A stretch of DNA of 64,000 bases, taken from positions 29,176 to 93,175 of the forward strand of contig CANCXM010000004.1 of NCBI GenBank assembly GCA_947381945.1, in the 5' to 3' direction. Source of the stretch: an uncultured Muribaculaceae bacterium (GTDB taxonomy: Bacteria > Bacteroidota > Bacteroidia > Bacteroidales > Muribaculaceae). Shown piece after piece: positions 10,071-18,431 of this stretch (its first letter is position 1; each line of letters starts with the position of its first letter). Below the pieces are notes generated by a model that did not search any database, was not told where the DNA came from, and saw only the letters and a program-made list of their open reading frames with translations. A program made the position numbers and the translations under genes.

Positions 10071-10556
10071 ATGAAAAATATACGTCTTTTCCTCACCGAT
10101 GTCGACGGCACACTCACGGACGGAGGCATGTATTACACTGCCGACGGTGACGTGATGAAGAAATTCAACGCGCGCGACGGCATGGGTCTCCAACTTCTGC
10201 AGAAAGCCGGCATTAAAGTCGGAATCATAACAAGCGAGGACACTCAGCTTGTGAAACGTCGCGCCGAGAAACTCGGTGTCGACTTTCTCGTGCAGGGCAA
10301 GCGCGACGGCGGAAAACTCGCCGCCTGCGCTGACATCTGCGAGAGTCTCGCCATCACCCTCAACGAGGTAGCCTATATCGGCGACGATGTCAACTGCGTC
10401 GAAATCCTCAAAGCCGTCGGCCACCGCGCATGTCCGGCCGATGCAATGCCGGATGTGAAATCCCTCCCCGGCATCCGCGTCATGAATCTCAAAGGCGGCG
10501 AAGGCTGTGTCCGCGAGTTTGCCAACATCATTCTCGACGAAAGGAGCAAGGCATGA
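10071..10556 (+). CDS. kdsC: KdsC-type HAD phosphatase (3-deoxy-D-manno-octulosonate 8-phosphate phosphatase family)
   Basis: The HAD motif FLTDVDGTLTDG is present, followed by KFNARDGMG...YIGDDVNC. I prefer the ATG at 10071 over the GTG at 10047 used in the track. Confidence 0.8.
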   Translation: MKNIRLFLTDVDGTLTDGGMYYTADGDVMKKFNARDGMGLQLLQKAGIKVGIITSEDTQLVKRRAEKLGVDFLVQGKRDGGKLAACADICESLAITLNEVAYIGDDVNCVEILKAVGHRACPADAMPDVKSLPGIRVMNLKGGEGCVREFANIILDERSKA

Positions 10557-11239
10557 GCAAAGTCAAAATCTCAGTCACCTTCATGCTGCTTGCGGTGACC
10601 TTCTGCGTCTGCCTCATCGTCAGCAACCTCATGGAAATCAAGACTGTCGACCTCGGCCCACTCACAATCACCGCCGGAGTCATCGTCTTCCCTATCTCCT
10701 ATATTCTCAACGACTGCATCGTCGAAGTCTACGGTTTCAACAAGGCCCGCCTCGTCATCTGGCTCGGCTTCGGCATGAACCTCCTCGTCTCCCTGCTGCT
10801 CCAGCTTGGCATCTGGCTTCCCGGCTCTGAATCCTGGACCGGACAGGAAGCCATGACAACCATTTTCGGAGCCGTCCCGAGAATCTTCGCCGCAAGTTTC
10901 ATCGCCTTCCTGTGTGGCTCAATGGTCAACGCCTACGTCATGTCGCGCATGAAAGTCGCCTCCGGCGGACGTCGCTTCTCGCTGCGCGCCATAGTCTCAT
11001 CACTTTGGGGCGAAGGTGTCGACTCTGTAATCTTCTTCCCCATCGCCTTTGGCGGCATCCTCGCATGGAGCGAAATCGGTATGCTCATCCTCACCCAGAC
11101 ACTCCTCAAGACTGCCTACGAAATCCTCATCCTCCCCGTCACTCTCCGCGCTGTAAAATTCCTCCGCGACCACGAGGGAGGCGACGTGACCGACACTCCG
11201 GGAATGTCATACAAATGGTGGAAAATCAATGAAATCTGA
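10553..11239 (+). CDS. Queuosine-precursor transporter (YhhQ/DUF165 family)
   Basis: The ATG at 10553 overlaps the kdsC stop (ATGA). It is a polytopic membrane protein: ...VFPISYILNDCIVEVYGFNKAR...SLWGEGVDSVIFFPIAF. The upstream extension in the track ORF is Arg-rich junk. Confidence 0.8.
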   Translation: MSKVKISVTFMLLAVTFCVCLIVSNLMEIKTVDLGPLTITAGVIVFPISYILNDCIVEVYGFNKARLVIWLGFGMNLLVSLLLQLGIWLPGSESWTGQEAMTTIFGAVPRIFAASFIAFLCGSMVNAYVMSRMKVASGGRRFSLRAIVSSLWGEGVDSVIFFPIAFGGILAWSEIGMLILTQTLLKTAYEILILPVTLRAVKFLRDHEGGDVTDTPGMSYKWWKINEI

Positions 11240-11963
11240 CCTCAGTATGAAAAGCGCCGACTGGATATGGTTTGACCTCGACGACACCCTCATCGACTTC
11301 CATACAAACTCGCGTCTCGCGCTCCGCATCGTCTACGACGAATGCGGCATTGACCGCTTCTACCCGACCCCGGAAGAGTGGATAACGGCCTACGAGACTC
11401 ACAACAAGGAACTTTGGGATGCCTACAGCCGTGCGGAAATCACTCAGGATTTCCTGCGTCTCGACCGTTTCGCCACACCCCTGTATCCACACTGGACAGA
11501 CAGCCGGGAGGAACTTGACGAGTTCTCACGCGCCCTCGACCCAATCTATCTCGGACGGCTTGCCGAGCAGACAGTCATTATTGAAGGTGCATTCGAAATC
11601 CTCGCGCACCTGCGCGCGCATGATTATAATATAGGTGTCCTGAGCAACGGTTTCACCGACGTCCAGCACCGCAAGCTCACCAACACAGGACTCGACCGGA
11701 TGGTCGACCTCATGGTGCTGAGCGACGACATCGGGGTCAACAAACCCGACCCGCGCCTCTACCGCCATGCAATGGAGCGCGCCGGCAACACTGACCCCTC
11801 TCGCCATCTCATGGTCGGCGACAACCGCGCCACCGACATAGCAGGCGCCATCGCCTCCGGCTGGCGCGCGATATGGCTCACTCCACACGCTCCGGAACTG
11901 TCGGTGGAGACCGATAGTGTGATTGTGACACCAAAACTTTCTCTGCTAAAAGAGCTTTTTTAA
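11229..11963 (+). CDS. HAD-superfamily hydrolase (YjjG-like nucleotidase subfamily)
   Basis: It has the WFDLDDTLIDF motif I, VLSNGF motif II and a MVGDNRATDIAGA motif III/IV region. It overlaps the upstream gene by 11 nt. The start could also be the ATG at 11247. Confidence 0.8.
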   Translation: MKSDLSMKSADWIWFDLDDTLIDFHTNSRLALRIVYDECGIDRFYPTPEEWITAYETHNKELWDAYSRAEITQDFLRLDRFATPLYPHWTDSREELDEFSRALDPIYLGRLAEQTVIIEGAFEILAHLRAHDYNIGVLSNGFTDVQHRKLTNTGLDRMVDLMVLSDDIGVNKPDPRLYRHAMERAGNTDPSRHLMVGDNRATDIAGAIASGWRAIWLTPHAPELSVETDSVIVTPKLSLLKELF

Positions 11964-12139
11964 GCTCCCGACACGCTGTTTTTACCTCTAACGTGGTGAG
12001 GAAGTGAATTTTAAGCAAAATTTTAGCACAAACATAGCTGATAATTCAAAAAAAGTTCCGATATTTGCACTTGCAAAAAACTTGCGCCCTACAAAGGTGC
12101 AACATCAAAGATATTAACCAATTATAAATTAATATTGTA

Positions 12140-12421
12140 ATGACTAAAGCTGACATTGTCAACGAGATTTCGAAATCTACCGGCATCGACAAAGCCAACG
12201 TACTCGAAACCATCGAAAAGTTCATGGAAACAGTGAAAGAGTCTCTTTCTCATGGCGAGAACGTCTACCTCCGTGGATTCGGTAGTTTCATCACCAAGGT
12301 TCGTTCAGAAAAGACAGCCCGCAACATTTCCAAAAACACCACCATCATCATTCCCGAGCACCGCATTCCCGCCTTCAAGCCTGCAAAAGTGTTCATGGAA
12401 GAGGTGAAGGACCTGAAATAA
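12140..12421 (+). CDS. hup: HU-family DNA-binding protein
   Basis: 93 aa. The sequence MTKADIVNEISKSTG...RGFGSF...ARNISKNTTIIIPEHRIPAFKPAK is a typical HU/IHF fold sequence. Confidence 0.93.
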   Translation: MTKADIVNEISKSTGIDKANVLETIEKFMETVKESLSHGENVYLRGFGSFITKVRSEKTARNISKNTTIIIPEHRIPAFKPAKVFMEEVKDLK

Positions 12422-12468
12422 TATAGAAAACAACTATTGTCAAACAATAATATTAATCCCTTCCTACT

Positions 12469-12558
12469 ATGCCCAGCGGAAAGAAAAGAAAAGGCCACAA
12501 GATGGCCACACACAAGCGTAAAAAACGCCTTCGCAAAAACCGTCACAAGAAGAAATAA
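12469..12558 (+). CDS. 29-aa highly basic mini-protein, likely ribosomal protein bS22 (AURKAIP1/COX24-like)
   Basis: It is not in the ORF track because it is under 60 aa. The reading frame runs from ATG 12469 to TAA 12556-12558 and encodes MPSGKKRKGHKMATHKRKKRLRKNRHKKK. The K/R-rich KHKRKKR core matches what I recall of bS22 from Bacteroidetes and mycobacterial ribosomes. Confidence 0.65.
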   Translation: MPSGKKRKGHKMATHKRKKRLRKNRHKKK

Positions 12559-12761
12559 GCCGGCCTCGCCTGCTACCTCTTGCGTAGACGCGTAAATAAC
12601 ACAAAGAACAAACTTTTGACAGGCACACAACAATAAGGCCCCCTCAACGGTTTGTTCTTTGCGTTGTTTGACGCAAACCGCTCCCCGGCCGCTCCATCGG
12701 CGGCTTCCTCCGACCTCCCCTCAGCAATCAAAAGAATCTTTTACAGATCTCCAACCGACTA

Positions 12762-14384
12762 ATGAAAAGTGAACTTATTGTAGACGTACAGCCCGGCGAG
12801 GTATCAATTGCCTTGCTCGAGGACTCTCGGCTCGTTTCTCTGCAGAAGGAGTCGCGCAACATCGCCTACGCCGTCGGTGACATCTACCTGGCCAAAGTCA
12901 AAAAACTGATGCCCGGCCTGAATGCCGCCTTCGTCAACGTAGGTTACGAGAAGGACGCTTTTCTTCATTATTTGGATCTCGGTTCACAATTCTCCACCTA
13001 CTCGGCCTTCCTCAAGGCCGCCATCACCGAAAAGAAAGCCGACGCCTCAGTCTCGAAAATCAAACGCCTCCCCGACATCGACAAGCACGGTTCAATCACC
13101 AATGTGCTTGAACCCGGGCAGGAACTGATGGTGCAGATCGTCAAGGAACCTATCTCATCAAAAGGCCCGCGACTGACCACCGAAATCACCTTCACGGGAC
13201 GCTACATGGTGCTGATTCCTTTCGGTGACAAAATCTCAATCTCGCAGAAAATCAAGACCACGGAGGAGAAACTCCGTCTGCGCCAGCTCATCGAGAGCAT
13301 CAAACCCAAGAACTTCGGGGTAATCATCCGCACCTCAGCCGAAGGAAAGAGCGTGCGCGAACTGCACCACGAGCTCCGGACACTGCTCCGCTGCTGGGAC
13401 GAGACTGTCACAAAGGCGCGCACCGCCACAGCCCCCGCCCTCATCTTCGAGGAAGAGAGCCGCATCGTCGGGATGCTGCGCGACGTCTTCAGCCCCACGT
13501 TCGAGAGCATCCATGTCAACGACAAGGAAATCTTCAGTCAAATCTCAAAGTACGTCAATCTAATTTCTCCCGAGAGCAAGGACATCGTCAAGCTCTACGA
13601 GGACAACGTACCCATCTTTGACCATTTCAACATCACCCGCCAGATAAAATCGTCTTTCGGAAAGACAGTATCGTTCAAATCGGGTGCCTACGTTATCATC
13701 GAACACACTGAAGCCCTCCACGTCATCGACGTAAACTCCGGCAATCGCTCCAAAGCAGCTCCCGACCAGGAGAGCAACGCACTTGAAGTCAATCTACGTG
13801 CCGCCGACGAAATCGCACGACAGCTCCGGTTGCGCGACATGGGCGGAATCATCGTCATCGACTTCATCGACATGAACAAGGCCGAACACCGCCAGAAACT
13901 CTACGAGCACATGCGCGAAGTGATGGCCAACGACCGTGCCCGCCACAACATCCTCCCCCTGAGCAAATTCGGCCTGATGCAGATAACACGCCAACGCGTC
14001 CGTCCGGCCCTCGACATCGACACAACGGAGGAATGCCCGTCATGCCACGGCAAAGGAAAAGTGCGCCCGTCACTCCTATTTACCGACACCCTCCATGAGA
14101 AGCTTGACTATCTTGTAAACACTCTCAAAGTCAAGAACTTCATTCTCTACGTCCACCCCTTCGTTTCAGCTTATCTGAAAAAAGGCTTCCCGTCGCTCTA
14201 CCGTCGCTGGCAACTCGAATTCGGCTTCAACTTCCGCATCGTCCCCGACGAATCGCTCGCCTACCTGCAATACAAGGTGGTTGACCGCGAACACAATGAA
14301 ATCGACCTGCAGGAAGAAAAGGACATGGACTCCTCGGCAACAAAGTCAAAATCCAAAGCAAAGAACCGATCCAAGGAAGATTAG
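12762..14384 (+). CDS. rng: Ribonuclease E/G family (RNase G-like)
   Basis: 540 aa. It has an S1-like N-terminus (GDIYLAKVKKLMPGLNAAFVNVG), a DNase-I-like/Zn-link region (ALHVIDVNSG, CPSCHGKG) and a Lys-rich tail. Confidence 0.92.
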   Translation: MKSELIVDVQPGEVSIALLEDSRLVSLQKESRNIAYAVGDIYLAKVKKLMPGLNAAFVNVGYEKDAFLHYLDLGSQFSTYSAFLKAAITEKKADASVSKIKRLPDIDKHGSITNVLEPGQELMVQIVKEPISSKGPRLTTEITFTGRYMVLIPFGDKISISQKIKTTEEKLRLRQLIESIKPKNFGVIIRTSAEGKSVRELHHELRTLLRCWDETVTKARTATAPALIFEEESRIVGMLRDVFSPTFESIHVNDKEIFSQISKYVNLISPESKDIVKLYEDNVPIFDHFNITRQIKSSFGKTVSFKSGAYVIIEHTEALHVIDVNSGNRSKAAPDQESNALEVNLRAADEIARQLRLRDMGGIIVIDFIDMNKAEHRQKLYEHMREVMANDRARHNILPLSKFGLMQITRQRVRPALDIDTTEECPSCHGKGKVRPSLLFTDTLHEKLDYLVNTLKVKNFILYVHPFVSAYLKKGFPSLYRRWQLEFGFNFRIVPDESLAYLQYKVVDREHNEIDLQEEKDMDSSATKSKSKAKNRSKED

Positions 14385-14418
14385 CACTCAGTCCGCTAAA
14401 ACATCCGAACAACATCAA

Positions 14419-14459
14419 CCTCCGCCCCCGGTCAGAAAAAAACCGTGGCGGAGGTTTTT
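14419..14459 (+). terminator. Rho-independent terminator after rng
   Basis: CCTCCGCC (14419-14426) pairs with GGCGGAGG (14447-14454), followed by TTTTT. Confidence 0.65.
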
Positions 14460-14537
14460 ATGTTGCTATTTATTTTTATTTTGGCATTTTATGTTGTATA
14501 ACATAAGTATTTTTTTTGTCACATTCGCAATAGATTG

Positions 14538-14545
14538 TATTTTTG
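14538..14545 (+). promoter_or_regulatory. Candidate -7 promoter box (TATTTTTG) for galM/symporter/ara genes
   Basis: Matches TAnnTTTG and lies ~105 nt upstream of the galM ATG. Confidence 0.4.
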
Positions 14546-14556
14546 CAAACAGAAAT

Positions 14557-14575
14557 AAGTGTAAAATCTACACTT
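14557..14575. promoter_or_regulatory. Perfect palindrome AAGTGTA-N5-TACACTT, candidate operator
   Basis: 7-bp inverted repeat with a 5-nt spacer. It begins 12 nt downstream of the -7 box, near the expected transcription start. Confidence 0.35.
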
Positions 14576-14651
14576 AATCTACAGACTTCTCTCTCAGAAT
14601 CTTCCGATCATCAAATCAAACATCAAATCTCTCAATTCATTTAACCAGACC

Positions 14652-15815
14652 ATGAAAAGGATCTTACCTCATGTCGTTGCCTTAGGGGCAGGAATTGCAA
14701 TGATTACAGCCGCCTGCAATCAGTCCTCAACATCAACACCAAGCATCACCAAATCCGGCATTAACCCCGAAAAATTTGTCAGCGAGTACAACGGCAAGCC
14801 TACCGCGCTCTACACTCTCGAAAATGCCAACGGCATGGAAGCCTGCATCACCAACTTCGGTGGCCGCATCGTCTCCCTCATGGTTCCCGGCCGTGACGGT
14901 GAGTTGCGCGACGTGGTCCTCGGCTTCGACAGCATCGCCGCCTATTTCCCCGAAAACAACCAGACAGACTTCAGCGCCGCAATCGGACGCTATGCCAACC
15001 GTATCAACCAAGGCCGTTTCGTGATTGACGGCGACACCATCCAGCTCCCGACCAACAATTTCGGCCACTGCCTCCACGGCGGTCCGACAGGATGGCAGTA
15101 TCAGGTCTACGAAGGCGAGCAGCCCAACGACTCAACCGTGGTCCTCACAATGCACTCTCCCGACGGCGATAACAACTTCCCCGGCAATGTGACTGCCAAG
15201 GTCACCTACACACTGACCTCCGACAACCGCCTTGACATCGCCTACGAGGCTGTCACCGACAAGCCCACCGTCATCAACATGACAAACCACGCCTACTTCA
15301 ACCTCAACGGCGACCCCTCGAAGCCCATCACGGACAACGAACTTTATGTCAACGCCACCAATTTCACCCCCGTTGACTCAACCTACATGACCACAGGCGA
15401 GATCATTCCCGTCACCGGCACTCCCATGGACTTCACAGGTTTCCGCCTCATCGGCGAACGCATCAACGAGACCGACTATGAGCAGATCCGCAACGGCAAC
15501 GGCTATGACCACAACTGGGTGCTCGACACCAACGGCGATGTCACTGTCTCAGCCGCCACACTCAGATCACCCTCGACAGGCATCGTGCTCAATGTCTTCA
15601 CTGACGAACCCGGCATCCAGGTCTATTCCGGTAACTTCCTCGACGGAACAATCACCGGCAAGGGTGACAAGGTCTACAACCAGCGCACAGGCATCTGCCT
15701 TGAGACTCAGCACTACCCCGACAGTCCCAACAAGCCCGAATGGCCATCGACTGTCCTCCGTCCCGGTGAGACCTACAAGAGCCACACCGTCTTCGCTTTC
15801 TCAACCTACAATTAA
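14652..15815 (+). CDS. galM: Aldose 1-epimerase (galactose mutarotase)
   Basis: 387 aa with a lipoprotein-like signal. Mutarotase motifs are present: GRYANRI, HGGP.GW, TNHAYFNL, and GICLETQHYPDSPN. Confidence 0.92.
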   Translation: MKRILPHVVALGAGIAMITAACNQSSTSTPSITKSGINPEKFVSEYNGKPTALYTLENANGMEACITNFGGRIVSLMVPGRDGELRDVVLGFDSIAAYFPENNQTDFSAAIGRYANRINQGRFVIDGDTIQLPTNNFGHCLHGGPTGWQYQVYEGEQPNDSTVVLTMHSPDGDNNFPGNVTAKVTYTLTSDNRLDIAYEAVTDKPTVINMTNHAYFNLNGDPSKPITDNELYVNATNFTPVDSTYMTTGEIIPVTGTPMDFTGFRLIGERINETDYEQIRNGNGYDHNWVLDTNGDVTVSAATLRSPSTGIVLNVFTDEPGIQVYSGNFLDGTITGKGDKVYNQRTGICLETQHYPDSPNKPEWPSTVLRPGETYKSHTVFAFSTYN

Positions 15816-15933
15816 ACTCCCAATCACCAACGGAAATTACGGGCACTGAGGATTTAACCTATCCTCAGGCCCCAAAATCACAATCCTGAAAATAATCTTC
15901 TATTTCTAACCTTATAATACTCAAAAGAAAACT

Positions 15934-17637
15934 ATGGCATTACTTGACTGGATTGTCATCGGCATCTTTGCTCTTGCCCTCATCGGCGTAATCGTCTGGG
16001 TGATGCGACAGAAGCAAAACAACGCCGCTGACTACTTCCTCGGTGGCAAAGACGCGACATGGATTGCGATCGGTGCCTCGATCTTCGCTTCAAACATCGG
16101 TTCCGAACACCTCATCGGCCTCGCCGGCTCAGGTGCTTCATCGGGCATGGCAATGGCCCACTGGGAAATCCAGGGCTGGATGATTCTTCTCCTCGGCTGG
16201 GTTTTCGTACCCTTCTACACCCGCTCCATGGTCTACACCATGCCGGAATTCCTTGAAAAGCGTTTCAATCCTCAATCACGCACAATCCTCGCCACAATCT
16301 CGCTCATCAGCTATGTGCTCACCAAGGTTGCTGTGACTGTCTATGCAGGCGGCCTCGTGTTCCAGCAGGTGTTCGGCATCGACACTCTCTGGGGTATCGA
16401 CTTCTTCTGGATTGCAGCTATCGGCCTCGTCCTCATCACCGCTCTCTACACCATCTTCGGCGGTATGAAATCCGTGCTCTACACCTCCGTGCTCCAGACC
16501 CCCATCCTTCTTCTCGGCTCGCTTATCATCCTTGTACTCGGCCTCAAGGAACTCGGCGGCTGGGACGAGATGATGCGCATCTGCTCGAGCGTCAAGGTCA
16601 ATGAATACGGCGACACTATGGTCAACCTCATCCGCGACAACAACGACCCCAACTATCCCTGGCTCGGAGCCCTCATCGGTTCTGCCGTCATCGGTTTCTG
16701 GTACTGGTGTACCGACCAGTTCATCGTTCAGCGCGTACTCTCCGGTAAGGACGAGAAGGAAGCCCGCCGAGGCACCATCTTCGGCGCTTACCTCAAGCTC
16801 CTCCCCGTGTTCCTCTTCCTCATCCCCGGCATGATTGCATTCGCAATCCATCAGAACGCCATCGCCGCCGGAGGTGAAGGCTTCCTCCCGATGCTTGCCA
16901 ACGGCAACGTCAACTCCGATGCCGCCTTCCCCACCCTCGTGGCCAAGCTCCTCCCTGCAGGCGTGAAGGGTCTCATAGTCTGCGGTATCCTCGCAGCCCT
17001 CATGTCGTCGCTTGCTTCGCTCTTCAACTCTTCGGCAGCACTCTTCACCATCGACTTCTATCAGCGCTACCGTCCCAACACCGATCCCAAGAAACTCGTG
17101 CGCATCGGTCAGGCCGCAACCGTGGTCATCGTGATTCTCGGCATCCTCTGGATTCCCGTGATGCGTTCCGTAGGCGACGTGCTCTACCTCTATCTCCAGG
17201 ACGTGCAGTCAGTGCTTGCCCCCGGTATCGCCGCAGCCTTCCTCATCGGTATTCTTTGGAAGCGCGCCTCTGCCCAGGGTGGCATGTGGGCCCTTCTCTC
17301 AGGCCTCATCATCGGCCTCACCCGTCTCGGTGCCAAGGTCTACTACAGCAATGCCGACATGATTCCCGGTGCGGACTCAAGCTGGTTCCAGTACATCTTC
17401 TATGATTGCAACTGGCTCTTCTTCTGCGGCTGGATGCTCGTGTTCTGCCTCGCGGTAGGTGTGATCGTATCACTCTGCACCAAGGCTCCCGATCCCGAAA
17501 AGATTCAGGGTCTCGTGTTCGGCACATCCACTGCCGAGCAGCGCGCCGTGACCCGCGCAAGCTGGAACGTCTGGGATGTCATCAACTCGATCATCATCCT
17601 CGGTATCACAGTAGCCTTCTACGTCTACTTCTGGTAA
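15934..17637 (+). CDS. Sodium:solute symporter (SGLT/SSS family) sugar transporter
   Basis: 567 aa and polytopic. It shows the GGKDATWIAIGASIFASNIGSEHLIGLAG and YTMPEFLEKRF signatures of Na+/glucose-galactose-type symporters. Confidence 0.9.
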   Translation: MALLDWIVIGIFALALIGVIVWVMRQKQNNAADYFLGGKDATWIAIGASIFASNIGSEHLIGLAGSGASSGMAMAHWEIQGWMILLLGWVFVPFYTRSMVYTMPEFLEKRFNPQSRTILATISLISYVLTKVAVTVYAGGLVFQQVFGIDTLWGIDFFWIAAIGLVLITALYTIFGGMKSVLYTSVLQTPILLLGSLIILVLGLKELGGWDEMMRICSSVKVNEYGDTMVNLIRDNNDPNYPWLGALIGSAVIGFWYWCTDQFIVQRVLSGKDEKEARRGTIFGAYLKLLPVFLFLIPGMIAFAIHQNAIAAGGEGFLPMLANGNVNSDAAFPTLVAKLLPAGVKGLIVCGILAALMSSLASLFNSSAALFTIDFYQRYRPNTDPKKLVRIGQAATVVIVILGILWIPVMRSVGDVLYLYLQDVQSVLAPGIAAAFLIGILWKRASAQGGMWALLSGLIIGLTRLGAKVYYSNADMIPGADSSWFQYIFYDCNWLFFCGWMLVFCLAVGVIVSLCTKAPDPEKIQGLVFGTSTAEQRAVTRASWNVWDVINSIIILGITVAFYVYFW

Positions 17638-17678
17638 ACGACTTCCGTTTTTACGGTTTTGAAAATGACCTCCCGGTT

Positions 17679-17713
17679 TTAAGCAACTATAACTCAGCTT
17701 AAGCAACTATAAC
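17679..17713 (+). repeat. Direct repeat TTAAGCAACTATAAC x2 (20-bp period) immediately upstream of the Nudix regulator gene
   Basis: Exact 15-mers at 17679-17693 and 17699-17713. The second copy ends 10 nt before the ATG at 17724. Confidence 0.6.
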
Positions 17714-17723
17714 CTGTCCCAAG

Positions 17724-18395
17724 ATGTTTTATTCTGAAAATCCTCAATTTTTTGTAGCGGTCGACTGCATCATTTTCGGTCTGGTCGACGGAAAGCTCTG
17801 CCTTCTCCTCTCCAAGCGACTTTTCGAGCCAGAAAAGGGGAAATGGTCAGTCATGGGAGGATTCGTGCAGCAAGGCGAGAGCGTCGATGATGCCGCACGC
17901 CGCGTGCTCCGCGACCTCACTGGCCTGGAGGACATCTACATGGAGCAGGTGCAAGCCTTCGGGGCCGTCAACCGTGACCCGGGTGAAAGAGTGATTTCCA
18001 TCGCTTACTATGCCCTTCTCGGTCCCGATGAATACAACCTCGAACTGCTTTCGAAACACAACGCCGTGTGGGTGGAGATCAACAATCTCCCCCCCCTCGG
18101 CTTTGACCATCCCGAAATGGTCAGGAAGACCCTTGAGCTCATCCGAGTCAAATGTTCCCATGAGCCCATCGGCTTCAACCTCCTCCCCGCGATGTTCACC
18201 CTCACCCAGTTGCAGTCGCTCTACGAGACCATCCTCGGCGAAAGCCTCGACAAGCGCAATTTCCGCAAGCGCGTGGCCGAGACCGACTGCATCGAGAAGA
18301 CGGAGTTCATCGACAAGACCGGCTCACGGCGTGGAGCTTCGCTCTACCGCTTCAACGACCGCGTCTATCTCTCCCATCCGAAATTTAAAATCTAA
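17724..18395 (+). CDS. Nudix-domain / winged-helix regulator of the NrtR family, AraR-like
   Basis: 223 aa. It has a Nudix fold (GKWSVMGGFVQQGESVDDAARRVLRDLTG) plus a C-terminal wHTH-like part (NFRKRV...). It sits next to araA/araB, as the Nudix-type AraR does in Bacteroides arabinose clusters. Confidence 0.75.
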   Translation: MFYSENPQFFVAVDCIIFGLVDGKLCLLLSKRLFEPEKGKWSVMGGFVQQGESVDDAARRVLRDLTGLEDIYMEQVQAFGAVNRDPGERVISIAYYALLGPDEYNLELLSKHNAVWVEINNLPPLGFDHPEMVRKTLELIRVKCSHEPIGFNLLPAMFTLTQLQSLYETILGESLDKRNFRKRVAETDCIEKTEFIDKTGSRRGASLYRFNDRVYLSHPKFKI

Positions 18396-18431
18396 CCTCT
18401 TACAACAAACAATCTAAACAATCTAAAGCCT

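Noticed and set aside
12265-12633. 122-aa minus-strand ORF overlapping the HU gene 3' end and the bS22-like ORF
   Set aside because: It is antisense to the HU gene and the conserved-looking basic mini-ORF, and it has no motifs.
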